A stretch of 63,156 nt of DNA, counting the filler, from an uncultured Methanoregulaceae archaeon (GTDB lineage Archaea > Halobacteriota > Methanomicrobia > Methanomicrobiales > Methanospirillaceae): the NCBI GenBank assembly GCA_964530035.1. It is 5 parts of 5 records of this genome, joined end to end, with 100 filler letters (N's around TTAATTAATTAA, not from the genome) between each part and the next. Parts side by side here need not be neighbours in the genome. Positions count along the whole stretch, not along the records: positions 1 to 13,148 come from CAZGXZ010000063.1; positions 13,249 to 25,902 come from CAZGXZ010000064.1; 3 more parts are not named here. One strand, written 5' to 3'. A program made the position numbers and the translations under genes. The notes beneath the pieces were generated by a model that saw only the letters and a list, made by a program, of their open reading frames with translations, did no database searches and was not told the origin of the DNA. Shown here piece by piece: positions 9,672 through 19,602 of the stretch (within the stretch, counting starts at the first letter, position 1; every line of letters begins with the position of its first letter).

Positions 9672-9786
9672 GGTATCGAATCCAGGGTGGTCGAAAAAAT
9701 ACGGGAGCGTGATATGACATCGGGGAAAGGTGCCGGAACGCGGATAGTGCACCCGTCACGGTCGTTCTCCCGTGTCATTATCACAA

Positions 9787-10275
9787 TCAGAGCAGCGCGA
9801 CGGTACCCGCGGCTACCGGCTTGTCGGTCACCTTGTCGACGATGGTCCACTTGACCCGTGTGTCCTTCTTGATGCTGAAACTCCCGTAGTCAATCCCTTC
9901 ACCCCAGCTTGCGGCCGCTCCCTGCAGGACGAACTTGTCACCGCCGGAGATCATATTGTCAGTCGCACCTACTTCCTCAAGGGCGACAACGTTTCCGCCG
10001 GTGTCTGCAAGGGACAGCGTCGTCCTGGTGTCCTCCGTCGCAAGGACCACTTTCACGTCCTTCAAGGCAAAGGCGTCCCCGCCCTTGTGTTCGAAGACCA
10101 GCTGGTGGCCGGTAAGGTCGACGGTGCAGTCAACGGAGGCCTGGGGAGCCTTAGATACTCCACCCGCCATCCCGCCGGCAAAACCGGAAACGACCGCCGC
10201 GATGATGATCGTCACCACGAGCATGAGGAGGACCCCGACGACCGGGGAGACCGCTGGATCGGTGGTATGCGTCAT
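9787..10275 (-). CDS. Archaeal type IV pilin (Pilin_N/DUF1628-like)
   Basis: Class III signal A|VSPVVGVLLMLVVTIIIAAVVSGFAGG; HKGGD motif. Confidence 0.92.
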   Translation of the reverse strand: MTHTTDPAVSPVVGVLLMLVVTIIIAAVVSGFAGGMAGGVSKAPQASVDCTVDLTGHQLVFEHKGGDAFALKDVKVVLATEDTRTTLSLADTGGNVVALEEVGATDNMISGGDKFVLQGAAASWGEGIDYGSFSIKKDTRVKWTIVDKVTDKPVAAGTVALL

Positions 10276-10991
10276 TGGATGACCACCTTTTTGTCAAAGA
10301 TGTACTTCCCGCTGGGCTTGTCGAGGATCTTGAAGTCCACGACCGCACCGGGGACGAACCCCTGGGACTTGTTCGAACACTCCATGCCGAACAGCGTATC
10401 CATGGCGGGGTTGACATGGGGGTCATCAGGCCCGTCGTTGTCGTTGTAGTTGCCGGCGAAGCTGTGCGGGTCGCAGAGGATGTCCCCGGGCCGGAATATC
10501 GCGGAACTGTTCCCAAACCAGTTGTCGTTCCCGTTCTTCGGGTCCTGGACGGTGTCAGTCCCGAACCGGTTCTGGTCATTCAGGAACAGGACGCCGCAGT
10601 ACTGGGTATCCGACCAGCTGGACCAGGAGGCGCTTCCATTCACTGCTTGTTCCCCGGAAAGGCCGCCTTTCCTGATCTCACCCGATGAGGTGTCGGTGAC
10701 GTACGTGATGACCTGGAGGTCCTTCGTGGCGAGGGCGTCCCCGCCGAGGTGCTCGATGGTTATCCCGGGGCAGTAGTAGCCATTGCCCCATGGCGGCATC
10801 CCGCCATAGTTCTCAAGCGCCTTGATCTTCACGTCAAGGCTGGCCGTGGGAGCGGCTTTCGTCCCGCCCGCGAGACCACCCGCAAACCCTGAGACGACCG
10901 CGGCGATGATGATCGTCACCACGAGCATGAGGAGCACCCCGATGACCGGGGAGACGGCCTGGTCGCGTGTGTTTTTCGTATGTCCTTTCAT
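10272..10991 (-). CDS. Archaeal type IV pilin (Pilin_N/DUF1628-like)
   Basis: A|VSPVIGVLLMLVVTIIIAAVVSGFAGG; HLGGD motif; ATGA overlap with the next pilin. Confidence 0.92.
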   Translation of the reverse strand: MKGHTKNTRDQAVSPVIGVLLMLVVTIIIAAVVSGFAGGLAGGTKAAPTASLDVKIKALENYGGMPPWGNGYYCPGITIEHLGGDALATKDLQVITYVTDTSSGEIRKGGLSGEQAVNGSASWSSWSDTQYCGVLFLNDQNRFGTDTVQDPKNGNDNWFGNSSAIFRPGDILCDPHSFAGNYNDNDGPDDPHVNPAMDTLFGMECSNKSQGFVPGAVVDFKILDKPSGKYIFDKKVVIQ

Positions 10992-11077
10992 TCCAACTTC
11001 CTGACCATGACCTGCACAAGGCAGGGATTTCCTCCCAGGGGGAATTCAACCCCGAATCATGATCTTCAATTTTTATT

Positions 11078-11105
11078 GTATTATAACTATTTAACTTGAT
11101 CATAA
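11078..11105. promoter_or_regulatory. Candidate NikR-type operator upstream of the pilin genes
   Basis: GTATTA-N16-TCATAA versus E. coli NikR site GTATGA-N16-TCATAC; AT-rich context lowers significance. Confidence 0.4.
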
Positions 11106-11244
11106 TTTTTTGATTTAACCAAAAATTTTTTTAGTAGGGGTTGACCGGGCCCGCCCGGAGAAAGAAAAACCATGTGAAGAGTATGACAGGAAAGAGCGGG
11201 CAGTCATCCGCCCTGTTGTAAGGGCCTGCGGCAGAACGCAGGGA

Positions 11245-11676
11245 TCACTGTACCGGTGAGACCACGGTCTTCACCATCTCCACCGATTTCTGCGCCCTGA
11301 GGGCGGACACCAGGTCCCTGAAGCGGGACGACGTCCCCCGGACCAGGAATATCTTCAGCTTCCGCCCCGAGTCCACGTCGGCATCGAACGAGAGGGTCAC
11401 CGTGTCAGAAAAGGTCCTGGCCACCTCGTTCAGCGATGAATAGTCCATCCGGTGCGTTTCACATACCGCTATCGCGACCCCGGATATGGGGTCTTCGGGC
11501 AGGGGTTCCCTGGGGTAATGGTTGAGGTACATCCGTATCGCGTCCCTGATCCCCTCGGAACGCGACCCGTATCCACGCATCTCCAGGATCTCATCGAACT
11601 GGCCGAGGAGTTGCCCGGGTAACGACACGCCGACCCGCTCGAGCTCCTCTTCCTCCTGCCGGTGGTTGTGGTTCAT
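11245..11676 (-). CDS. NikR-like ribbon-helix-helix regulator with degenerate metal site
   Basis: ERVGVSLP...FDEILEMRGYGSRSEGIRDAIR RHH domain; C-terminal domain lacks the His/His-x-His/Cys ligands. Confidence 0.8.
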   Translation of the reverse strand: MNHNHRQEEEELERVGVSLPGQLLGQFDEILEMRGYGSRSEGIRDAIRMYLNHYPREPLPEDPISGVAIAVCETHRMDYSSLNEVARTFSDTVTLSFDADVDSGRKLKIFLVRGTSSRFRDLVSALRAQKSVEMVKTVVSPVQ

Positions 11677-12036
11677 GCCTGTTTCTCACTAAACGTATGG
11701 CTATTATCTGATATATTGTACTTTGATATGATAAAATAATACTTTTTGTTCAATTTTTATATTAAGTACAGATTCTCTGGCATTCTGCAAGGATCCCAAC
11801 AAAGGCGTTCATTTCAGTCCTCATGCGATTTTGTAACAAGATATAACTTCCTTGAGATAGAGTATCAGGGGTGTGCCCGGGCTAAACGGGGAACCTTAAC
11901 AAAAGCGTTTATTCATGGATGGAGAAACCGGAAGGTTTCGTGCCCTGACCCTGATAACACCCTTGGTTCCCCTGCTACCTGTCCGGGGTACATACAAGAC
12001 CTGCGATTCCGGGCAGGCACGAAAAGATAAGGCGGA

Positions 12037-13148
12037 ATGACCATGCCGCAAACCGTCCGCGTCCTCTATGTGGATGATGAGCCTTCACTTCTGAGTATGG
12101 GCAAGCAGTTCCTGGAGCGGAGGGAGGGCTTCAGCGTTGATACGTGTGGGACAGCTGCAGAAGCATTGGAAGCCCTGGCCTCCAGGGAGTACGATGCGAT
12201 CATCTCTGACTACCAGATGCCTGGAATGGATGGGATCGAACTTCTCAAAATTACCCGTTTGAAAAACCATGATATCCCGTTCATCCTGTTTACCGGCCGG
12301 GGACGCGAAGAGGTCGTCATCGAGGCAATCAACCACGGAGCAGACTTCTATCTCCAGAAAGGCGGCGAGCCCAAGTCCCAGTTCGCTGAGCTGGCCCATA
12401 AAACCAGGCAGGCCGTGAAACGTCGGGAGGCGGAGATCGCGCTCAGGGCAAGTGAGGACCTTTACCGGACGATCTTCACGACCACCGGTACTGCCACCAT
12501 CATCATTGGGGAAGATACGACAATCGTCCTTGCAAACGAGGGATTTGCCCGGTTATCAGGGTATCCCGTCGAGGAACTTGAGGGGAAGCGGAGCTGGACC
12601 GAGTTCGTCGTACCGGAAGACCTTGAAAGGATGAAGCAGTACCACCAGGACCGGCGCGATGACCCCGCATTTGCCCCAAGGGTGTACGATTTCCGGTTTA
12701 TCAACCGGCAAGGCGGGGTGAAGTACTGTATTGTCCACGTCGCCGTAATCCCCGGAACGACACAGAGCGTTGCTTCCGTCCTGGACATCACTGACCGTGT
12801 CCTTGCCGAGCAGGACTACCGTAGTATCCTTGAGAACATCCAGGACGTCTTTTACCGTACTGACCCGGCGGGGAACCTTATCCGGTTAAGCCCTTCAGGA
12901 GCGGCAATCCTGGGTTATGATTCCGATACCGAGCTGTACGGGAGGAGTATCGCAGAGACGCTCTACGCAAACCCTGCGGACCGGGATGTGTTCCTTGCCG
13001 AACTTGACAGGCATGGCGGCTCGGTGACCAACTTCGAGGTGAATCTCAGGAAGAAAGACGGGACACCGGTCTATGCCCTGACCAGCAGCCACAAGTACTA
13101 CGACCCTGCCGGGAATTTCGGAGGGATCGAAGGCATCCTTCGGGACAT
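12037..13148 (+). CDS. Response regulator receiver plus PAS domains, truncated at contig end
   Basis: VLYVDDE, SDYQMPGMDG, FTGRG, YLQKGG; two PAS/PAC-like segments. Confidence 0.9.
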
Positions 13149-13248
13149 NNNNNNNNNNNNNNNNNNNNNNNNNNNNNNNNNNNNNNNNNNNNTTAATTAA
13201 TTAANNNNNNNNNNNNNNNNNNNNNNNNNNNNNNNNNNNNNNNNNNNN
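13149..13248. other. Artificial contig linker
   Basis: N run - TTAATTAATTAA - N run, 100 nt, stops in all frames. Confidence 0.97.
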
Positions 13249-13249
13249 G

Positions 13250-13534
13250 ATGGCCGTCCTCGAGGCGCTGGCGCGGGAACAGGTCCAGGCCGGGGCGATT
13301 GTGCTACGTGAGGCGACGAGCGGTTACATCCCGATGGGCGTATTCAATGTCAGGGAGAACGTGAGGAACGCCCTGCGGTCCGACCCAGTCTCCCAGGAAA
13401 GTCTGAAATCCGCCCTGAAACAGGCTACCAGCCGGATGACCCTGCCCCTGGCACGTTTCCTGGACGTCTGCAGCCTGACCAGGGATGTCCTTGCCGAACG
13501 GCAGTCCACTCTTTCGAAATTTATTTCATCATAG
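13250..13534 (+). CDS. nreA: Nre family DNA repair protein, C-terminal fragment
   Basis: IVLRE..SGYIPMGVFNVRENVRNA motif and C-terminal PIP box QSTLSKF; 5-prime truncated by contig edge. Confidence 0.8.
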   Translation: MAVLEALAREQVQAGAIVLREATSGYIPMGVFNVRENVRNALRSDPVSQESLKSALKQATSRMTLPLARFLDVCSLTRDVLAERQSTLSKFISS

Positions 13535-13700
13535 AACCGGAATTCCTGCATTGATGACCGGGAAGACCTGGTCGCATACCCTTCCCGTGTTCCCTGTCAA
13601 CCGGGGTTGCCCTGCAGAACCATGGAGCACCCGTGGCCCCCGTTCCGCCGGGTCCTGTGCGTGACCAGCGATTAGAAAAGAATGAAGTGAATTCCGGGCA

Positions 13701-15871
13701 TCAGATGAAGGTCAGGGAACCGGTAATCCGGTCGGTAGTATCTTTCGATTTGTCATATTTTCTTTCGGATGCATATACCATCACCATGACCAGCCGGCCG
13801 TTGTGGATGGCGATGTAATCCGTCCCGACGAAATCGAGCCCTGATATGGTCATGGCATACATGGTGACCGCGGCCCGTTCTCCGCCGAGTGTGCCTGTCC
13901 TGGAACCCATGAAGAGCATCCCGTTCTCCTGGTTGGCCCGGATATCGATGTCCCGCAGGTCGTCCGTGGAGAGACCGCTGTACTGGGTTGACTTCGAGAC
14001 CTTGATGGTGATGAAGTACTCCTTCCCCGTGTCAGTCAGGGTGACCTTGTCATCCCTGTCCATGGGATCAGGTTCGACAAGGGCGCTTTCAGGGTAACTG
14101 ATCCTGAAATAACGGGAATCGTACGTATTCCAGGTTTCCTGTGCAGGGGAAGGTACGGTTACCGTCCTCGTTACCGGGATGTGAAGGGTTCCCGGTGTGG
14201 GTGTGACCGTCTTTGTTGGTGCCGCGGTTTTCGTCTTCGTGGGGGTAGATGTCTTTTTCGGGGTCGGCGTCAACGTCGGCACCCGGGTTTTTGTCGGCAC
14301 GACAGTCTTTGTTGGCGTCGGAGTCTTCGTGACAACCGGCGTCCTTGTCCTGGTCTTCGTGGTGGTGGGAGTCTTCGTGGGAGTAGTATCAGGTTTTATG
14401 AGCCTGACGGTTTTCAGGGCGTTCAGGCGACCGCCGGTTACCGACCTGCCCTCGAGAGCCGGGACTTTGTCGATACCGGACAGGATTGCATTCCTGATCT
14501 CTGCGACCGATGCCGACGGCTTGAGGGTGAGTACAAGTCCGGCAACGCCCGCGACATGCGGTACGGCGAGGGACGATCCGTCACCGAGCGAGGTCGTACC
14601 GTCAGGGTCGATACAGAGGATGTTGTCACCTGGAGCGGCGAGGTGCACGGTTTCTGCCCCGTAATTTGAATAGGAGGGTAGTCCGTCCTTCTGGTTGGTC
14701 GCAGTGACCGAGATGATGTTCGGGTATCCGTACCCTGACGGATAATGCTCATTGGTATCGGTATCAACCCCCTTGTTCCCTGCCGAACAGACGAAGAGGA
14801 CACCGGGGGAGTCGGCCATGACATCTGCCTCCGGGGGGTCGTAGGAACTTTCTCCATAGTTCTCGTTCCCGAACGAGCAGCAGATAACCTTCGCCCCCAT
14901 CATCCGGGCGTAGAGGATGCCNNNNNNNNNNCTTCGACCTCCGACCAGGTGAAACCATCGAACTTGAGCGGCATCATCGCCGCCGACCACATGACCCCCG
15001 TGGTGTCCTTCCCGTTGTTTCCGGTCGCCGCCATAATCCCGGCACAGTTCGTGCCATGGTCGTCGAAGAGGAAATCAGGCGAGGGATCGTTGTCACCTTC
15101 CCCCGCGTCTATTGACCCGTCATCGTTCGAGTCATAGAAGTCCCATCCGACAGTGTCGTCGATATATCCGTTGTTGTCATCGTCCCTGCCGTTGTTCGGG
15201 ACTTCGCGGCTGTTCCGCCAGGTGTTTGAGACCAGGTCGGGATGGGTATACTCGACTCCCGAGGGGTCCAGGACCGCTATCGTCACCTTGTCTGACCCGG
15301 TGGTGACGTCCCAGGCCTCGGTTGCGTGGATGTCCGCCCTGGCCGACCCCGAAATGCCGTACACATCCTGCCCGGTATTGAGAAGCGCCCACTGGTACGA
15401 AAAGTCCGGGTCGTCAGGTCTCTTTTCCGGGACCTTCCTGATATTGGGGACGGCATACCTGACGGAGGGGTCGGCCCTCGCAGCGGCCACCGCATCATCG
15501 ATATTCACCTCCTCCGGGAGCCTGATGAGGTTCAGGCCGGTCACCCCGTACCGGTCCATGTCACCGGCGATCGCCGCTTTTTTTCCTGTTTTCACCGAGG
15601 ACAGTTTTTCGAGCATCCGCTCCTGGTTCATGAGGAGGACACTTGCATTCCGCTCCGGGGATGTATTGAACCGCACTATGATCTCGTGCGGCCTTTGCCT
15701 GTCAGTCGCCACCGTGATCCCCTCACCTGAAGGCGTGGCTTCTTCACCGACGGATAGCGAGGCAAGGGCTGCTACCGGAAGGAGGACAAGGGCCAGGGCG
15801 AGAAACAGGGCGGCGGTCCTGGATGTGATATGAATGTGGGTGATGATGGTATCTCCACGTCTTTTTTTCAT
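13701..15871 (-). CDS. Secreted S8 subtilisin-like protease with Thr/Pro linker and PsbP-like C-terminal domain; 10-N gap at 14922-14931
   Basis: Signal and propeptide, IAVLD, HGTNCAG, SAGN, GSSLAVPHVAG; the two ORFs join across the gap. Confidence 0.85.
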
Positions 15872-16035
15872 GTGTCCACGTATAATAACAGCTGAATGGT
15901 ACCTTCTTCCGGCCAGGAGTCTGCTGCCTGCCAACCTGACCGGCCGGGAAGAGCCGGGACGAAAAGCAGTCGCTGAAGGCACCTGATGTGTCCCTTTCGG
16001 GCAGGTGCCCCGGGAAACAGGAACCAGGAGGGGAG

Positions 16036-17238
16036 ATGCGACAGGGTATGTCTGAACGGGAGGTCCTCTGGTACCTCTTTGTCATCGGTTTTTTCGCCAT
16101 TTTTTCGACGACCATTTCGAAGAACCCTGTCCTGCCCCTCTTTTCGCAGGCCCTTGGCGCAGGTGACGATACGATAGGCATGGTTGCCGCGGTATCGCCC
16201 CTTGCTGGTATTCTCTTCAGTTTTCCCGTCGGGGTATTGTCTGACCATGTCGGGAGACGGAAGCTGCTGGTGATATCAGGTGCGGTTTTTCTCACCGCCC
16301 CTTTGATGTATCTCCTTGTTACGACACCAGTGTTCCTCATCCCCGTCCGGTTCTTTCACGGTCTCGCGACTGCCATCCTCGGTCCCGTTGCATCGGCAGT
16401 CATCGTCGACCGTTTTCCGGGAAGGAAGGGCGAGATGCTCGGCTCCTACTCATCAGTCACCCTCGTCGGGAGAACAGCCGCTCCTCTTGCCGGGGGACTT
16501 ATCCTCTCGTCCCTTGCATTTTCCCCCGGCCTTATCAGGTACGAGGCGGTCTACCTCGTCGCGGCGGCCGCAGCAGTCCCGGTTTTCATCCTGACGCTCC
16601 TGTATCGCGAAGACCCGGGGGTTCCCCGGAGGTTCGTGACACGGGGTACCTTCAGGGCGGCCCTTCATGGGTTCCTTTCTGACCCACGGATCGGGGCTAC
16701 TGCACTAGCCGACCTTGCGACCTATTTCTGCTTTGGGATCTTCGAGACCTTCTTTCCGTTGTATCTTGCCGGAAACGGGGTCGATCCGTACATTATCGGT
16801 ATCCTGTTCGCCGTCCAGGTGCTGGTAATCGCGGTAACCAAACCCTTTTCAGGGAGGGTCGCCGACCGGGTCGACAAGCGGATACAGGTCACCGCCGGGC
16901 TGCTTCTTACCGGGGTGTCCCTGTCGTTTGTACCGTTTTCACCCGGTCTTTTCTGGTACCTGTGCACCTCGGCGGGAATCGGGCTTGGGATGTCACTCTC
17001 GACCGTTGCAACGGCTGCCTATATCGGTGACCTGTCCGGAAAGGGAGAGATTGGGGCAGCCATGGGCGGCCTTTCCTCGATTATGGACATCGGTCATTCA
17101 GCCGGGCCGTTCGTAGCCGGGGTCGTCATCACGACAGCCGGGTATGCCGCAGGCTTTTATACCGGGCTTGCGGTTTCCGTTCTTGTCGCTACCTGGTTCG
17201 TGGTGGTATCGCGGTCGCCTGGCAGGGTTTTCCCGTGA
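16036..17238 (+). CDS. MFS transporter
   Basis: About 12 hydrophobic segments, GVLSDHVGRRK and GRVADRVDKR motif A. Confidence 0.92.
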   Translation: MRQGMSEREVLWYLFVIGFFAIFSTTISKNPVLPLFSQALGAGDDTIGMVAAVSPLAGILFSFPVGVLSDHVGRRKLLVISGAVFLTAPLMYLLVTTPVFLIPVRFFHGLATAILGPVASAVIVDRFPGRKGEMLGSYSSVTLVGRTAAPLAGGLILSSLAFSPGLIRYEAVYLVAAAAAVPVFILTLLYREDPGVPRRFVTRGTFRAALHGFLSDPRIGATALADLATYFCFGIFETFFPLYLAGNGVDPYIIGILFAVQVLVIAVTKPFSGRVADRVDKRIQVTAGLLLTGVSLSFVPFSPGLFWYLCTSAGIGLGMSLSTVATAAYIGDLSGKGEIGAAMGGLSSIMDIGHSAGPFVAGVVITTAGYAAGFYTGLAVSVLVATWFVVVSRSPGRVFP

Positions 17239-17289
17239 AAGAAGAGAGGGACTGCGGTTCATTTCACTGCAGGAATGCCGGTGCCCTGC

Positions 17290-19404
17290 TCATCCGGTTT
17301 TATATAACCGGATTACCGTGAGGAACCGGTCGCCATACCGTTCCAGCTTGGTCTTTCCCACCCCGGGGATCTTCAGGAGGGCTTCACCGGTCGTCGGCCT
17401 TTTTTTCGCCATCTCTCTCAAGGTGGCGTCATGGAAGATGATGAATGCCGGGCACCCCCGTTCGCCGGCAATGGTGCTTCTTACCGCCCTCAGGGAATTG
17501 AACAGTTCTGTATCTGACTTTTTACTCATGGATTCCCCGGGGCCCGTTGTTGCCTGGTCTGCCTTTTTATGAGGAGCCGGCTTGTTACGGGGACGTTCCC
17601 TGCCGGTATCGGAGGCATGGACTTCCGCAATTATTTCCTGGCCGTATCGTTCCACCTTTGCCCTGCTCACTCCCTCGACGGTGGCGAGGACATTCTTCGT
17701 ACGCGGTTTTTTCTTTGCGATCTCCCGCAAGGCCGCATCGGGGAGGACCATGTACGGCGAAAGCCCCTCCCTCCCGGCAATCGTGCTGCGAAGGGTTTTA
17801 AGACGCTCATACAACACCTGGTGACCGGTCCCGGGTTGATTTCCGGAAGAAGGTGTTGCCCGGGGCTCCGGACAGGGAGCCTTTCCCGGGTCGAAGATGA
17901 TGATGCGCCGGCCCTCCTTCAGAGTGGATCGGCCTTTCTCCGTCAGGCGGAGAGTCGGGTAGTCCCCGTCTTCCCGGGCGAGGTATCCCTGGTCCTGCAG
18001 GTCCGTGAGGATGTCCCGCCACTGCCCGGCCTGGTACCCCTGGTTCCTCCCATACCACGGGAGAGAATCATGCCCGTATTTTCTGACCATCGGTGTCAGG
18101 GTGCCGGTCAGGATATCAGTGATATGGACTGCTCCGAACCTGGCGTCCAGGTCACGGATACATAACAGGACAATGGTGGAAAGTTCGGTCCCGTCAACCC
18201 GTTCGGGAGGGTGGAGACAGTTATCGCATGAGAAACAGGCTGGTTTTCCGTATGGCTCCCCGAAGTATTCAAGTAGTGTCTTTCTCCGGCATCGCGGGGA
18301 CTCGCAGTACCGGGCGAGGTGTCCTGCCTTTTCCCGGGCAGCCCTGCGCAGCTGCTCGTTGTCGTACTTCTCCCTGGCGATCCGCGAATAGAGACGGGGG
18401 ATGTCGGATGGCGAGTAGAGAAGAACGCACTCCGAGGGCTGGCCGTCCCGTCCTGCCCTTCCGGTTTCCTGGTAATACGATTCGAGGTCTTTCGGGAGGT
18501 CATAGTGGATGACATACCTGACATCAGGCTTGTCGATCCCCATCCCGAAAGCGACGGTTGCGCAGACGACAATTCCATCCTGCTTCTTGAACATTTCCTG
18601 GGTCGCCCGACGTGCCGGGTCGGGAAGCCCGGCATGGTAGGCCAGGGCGTCGATCGCCTCGGTGCGGAGCCACGAAGCAAGCTCCTCGGTTGTTTTCCGT
18701 GACCCACAGTAGACGATGCCGGACTCGTCACGGTGCCGGCGGACCACGTCGAGGACCTGCGAACGCGGGTCTTCCTTTGGAACAATCGAGTAACGGAGAT
18801 TTTTCCTGTCGAAACTCCCGATGTAGACCGATGGGTCATTGAGCCCGAGGAGCTCGGAGATGTCCTGCCTGACCGCAGGGATGGCAGTCGCAGTCAGGGC
18901 TATCACCGGGACCTGGGGGAAGGTTTTCCTGAGAATGATGAGTTTCCGGTAGTCTGGCCTGAAGTCATGACCCCAGACCGAGATGCAGTGGGCTTCGTCG
19001 ACGGCGATAAGGGAGAGGGGAATGGTGTGCAGGAGGGAGAGAAACGAGTCGAGGACCGCACGTTCCGGTGCGATGTAGAGGATCCGTATCCTCCTGTCCC
19101 TGGCATCGAGGCGTACCTTGTATTGTTCGTCACCGGAAAGGGAGCTGTTCCAGTATGCAGCGGCAATACCGTTGCTCCGGAGAGTATCGACCTGGTCCTT
19201 CATGAGGGCGATGAGAGGTGAAATGACGATTGCCATACCGGAACGAAGGAGTGCCGGGAGCTGGTAGCAGACTGACTTCCCCCCTCCGGTCGCGAGGACG
19301 GCAAGCACGTCACGGCCGTTGACGAGGTCCGTGACGATATCCTCCTGGTATGGCCTGAACGAGGAGTACCCGAACGAGTTCCTGAGGACGTGTGCCAGGT
19401 CCAT
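17290..19404 (-). CDS. recQ: ATP-dependent DNA helicase RecQ with two HRDC domains
   Basis: TGGGKSVCYQLP, VDEAHCIS.WGHDFRPDY, FGMGIDKPDVR, YYQETGRAGRDG, Zn-binding RQC cysteines. Confidence 0.96.
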   Translation of the reverse strand: MDLAHVLRNSFGYSSFRPYQEDIVTDLVNGRDVLAVLATGGGKSVCYQLPALLRSGMAIVISPLIALMKDQVDTLRSNGIAAAYWNSSLSGDEQYKVRLDARDRRIRILYIAPERAVLDSFLSLLHTIPLSLIAVDEAHCISVWGHDFRPDYRKLIILRKTFPQVPVIALTATAIPAVRQDISELLGLNDPSVYIGSFDRKNLRYSIVPKEDPRSQVLDVVRRHRDESGIVYCGSRKTTEELASWLRTEAIDALAYHAGLPDPARRATQEMFKKQDGIVVCATVAFGMGIDKPDVRYVIHYDLPKDLESYYQETGRAGRDGQPSECVLLYSPSDIPRLYSRIAREKYDNEQLRRAAREKAGHLARYCESPRCRRKTLLEYFGEPYGKPACFSCDNCLHPPERVDGTELSTIVLLCIRDLDARFGAVHITDILTGTLTPMVRKYGHDSLPWYGRNQGYQAGQWRDILTDLQDQGYLAREDGDYPTLRLTEKGRSTLKEGRRIIIFDPGKAPCPEPRATPSSGNQPGTGHQVLYERLKTLRSTIAGREGLSPYMVLPDAALREIAKKKPRTKNVLATVEGVSRAKVERYGQEIIAEVHASDTGRERPRNKPAPHKKADQATTGPGESMSKKSDTELFNSLRAVRSTIAGERGCPAFIIFHDATLREMAKKRPTTGEALLKIPGVGKTKLERYGDRFLTVIRLYKTG

Positions 19405-19602
19405 TGCTCGGAAGAAGGTTGTCCCGCGTCAGACATCAACCCGGCAGCCTGCGGATGCACGGGAGAGCGACATCACGTGAGGACACGTGCGGGGAGCGCA
19501 CCCGCCCGGGCCGGGTATACGGGTGAGGGAACGATGGAACTCGTTGTCCCGTTGTCCAACAAAAAACAGTCCGCAGCAGCGTATCCTTAAAAAGAAGGGT
19601 GT

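Noticed and set aside
9722..9762. GGGAAAGGTG...GCACCCGTCACGGT resembling a cobalamin riboswitch core
   Set aside because: It is on the plus strand, antisense to btuF, and lacks the other conserved elements such as the B12 box
13193..13204. TTAATTAATTAA recurring about every 12.6 kb
   Set aside because: Always embedded in N runs of fixed total length; an assembly linker, not a biological repeat
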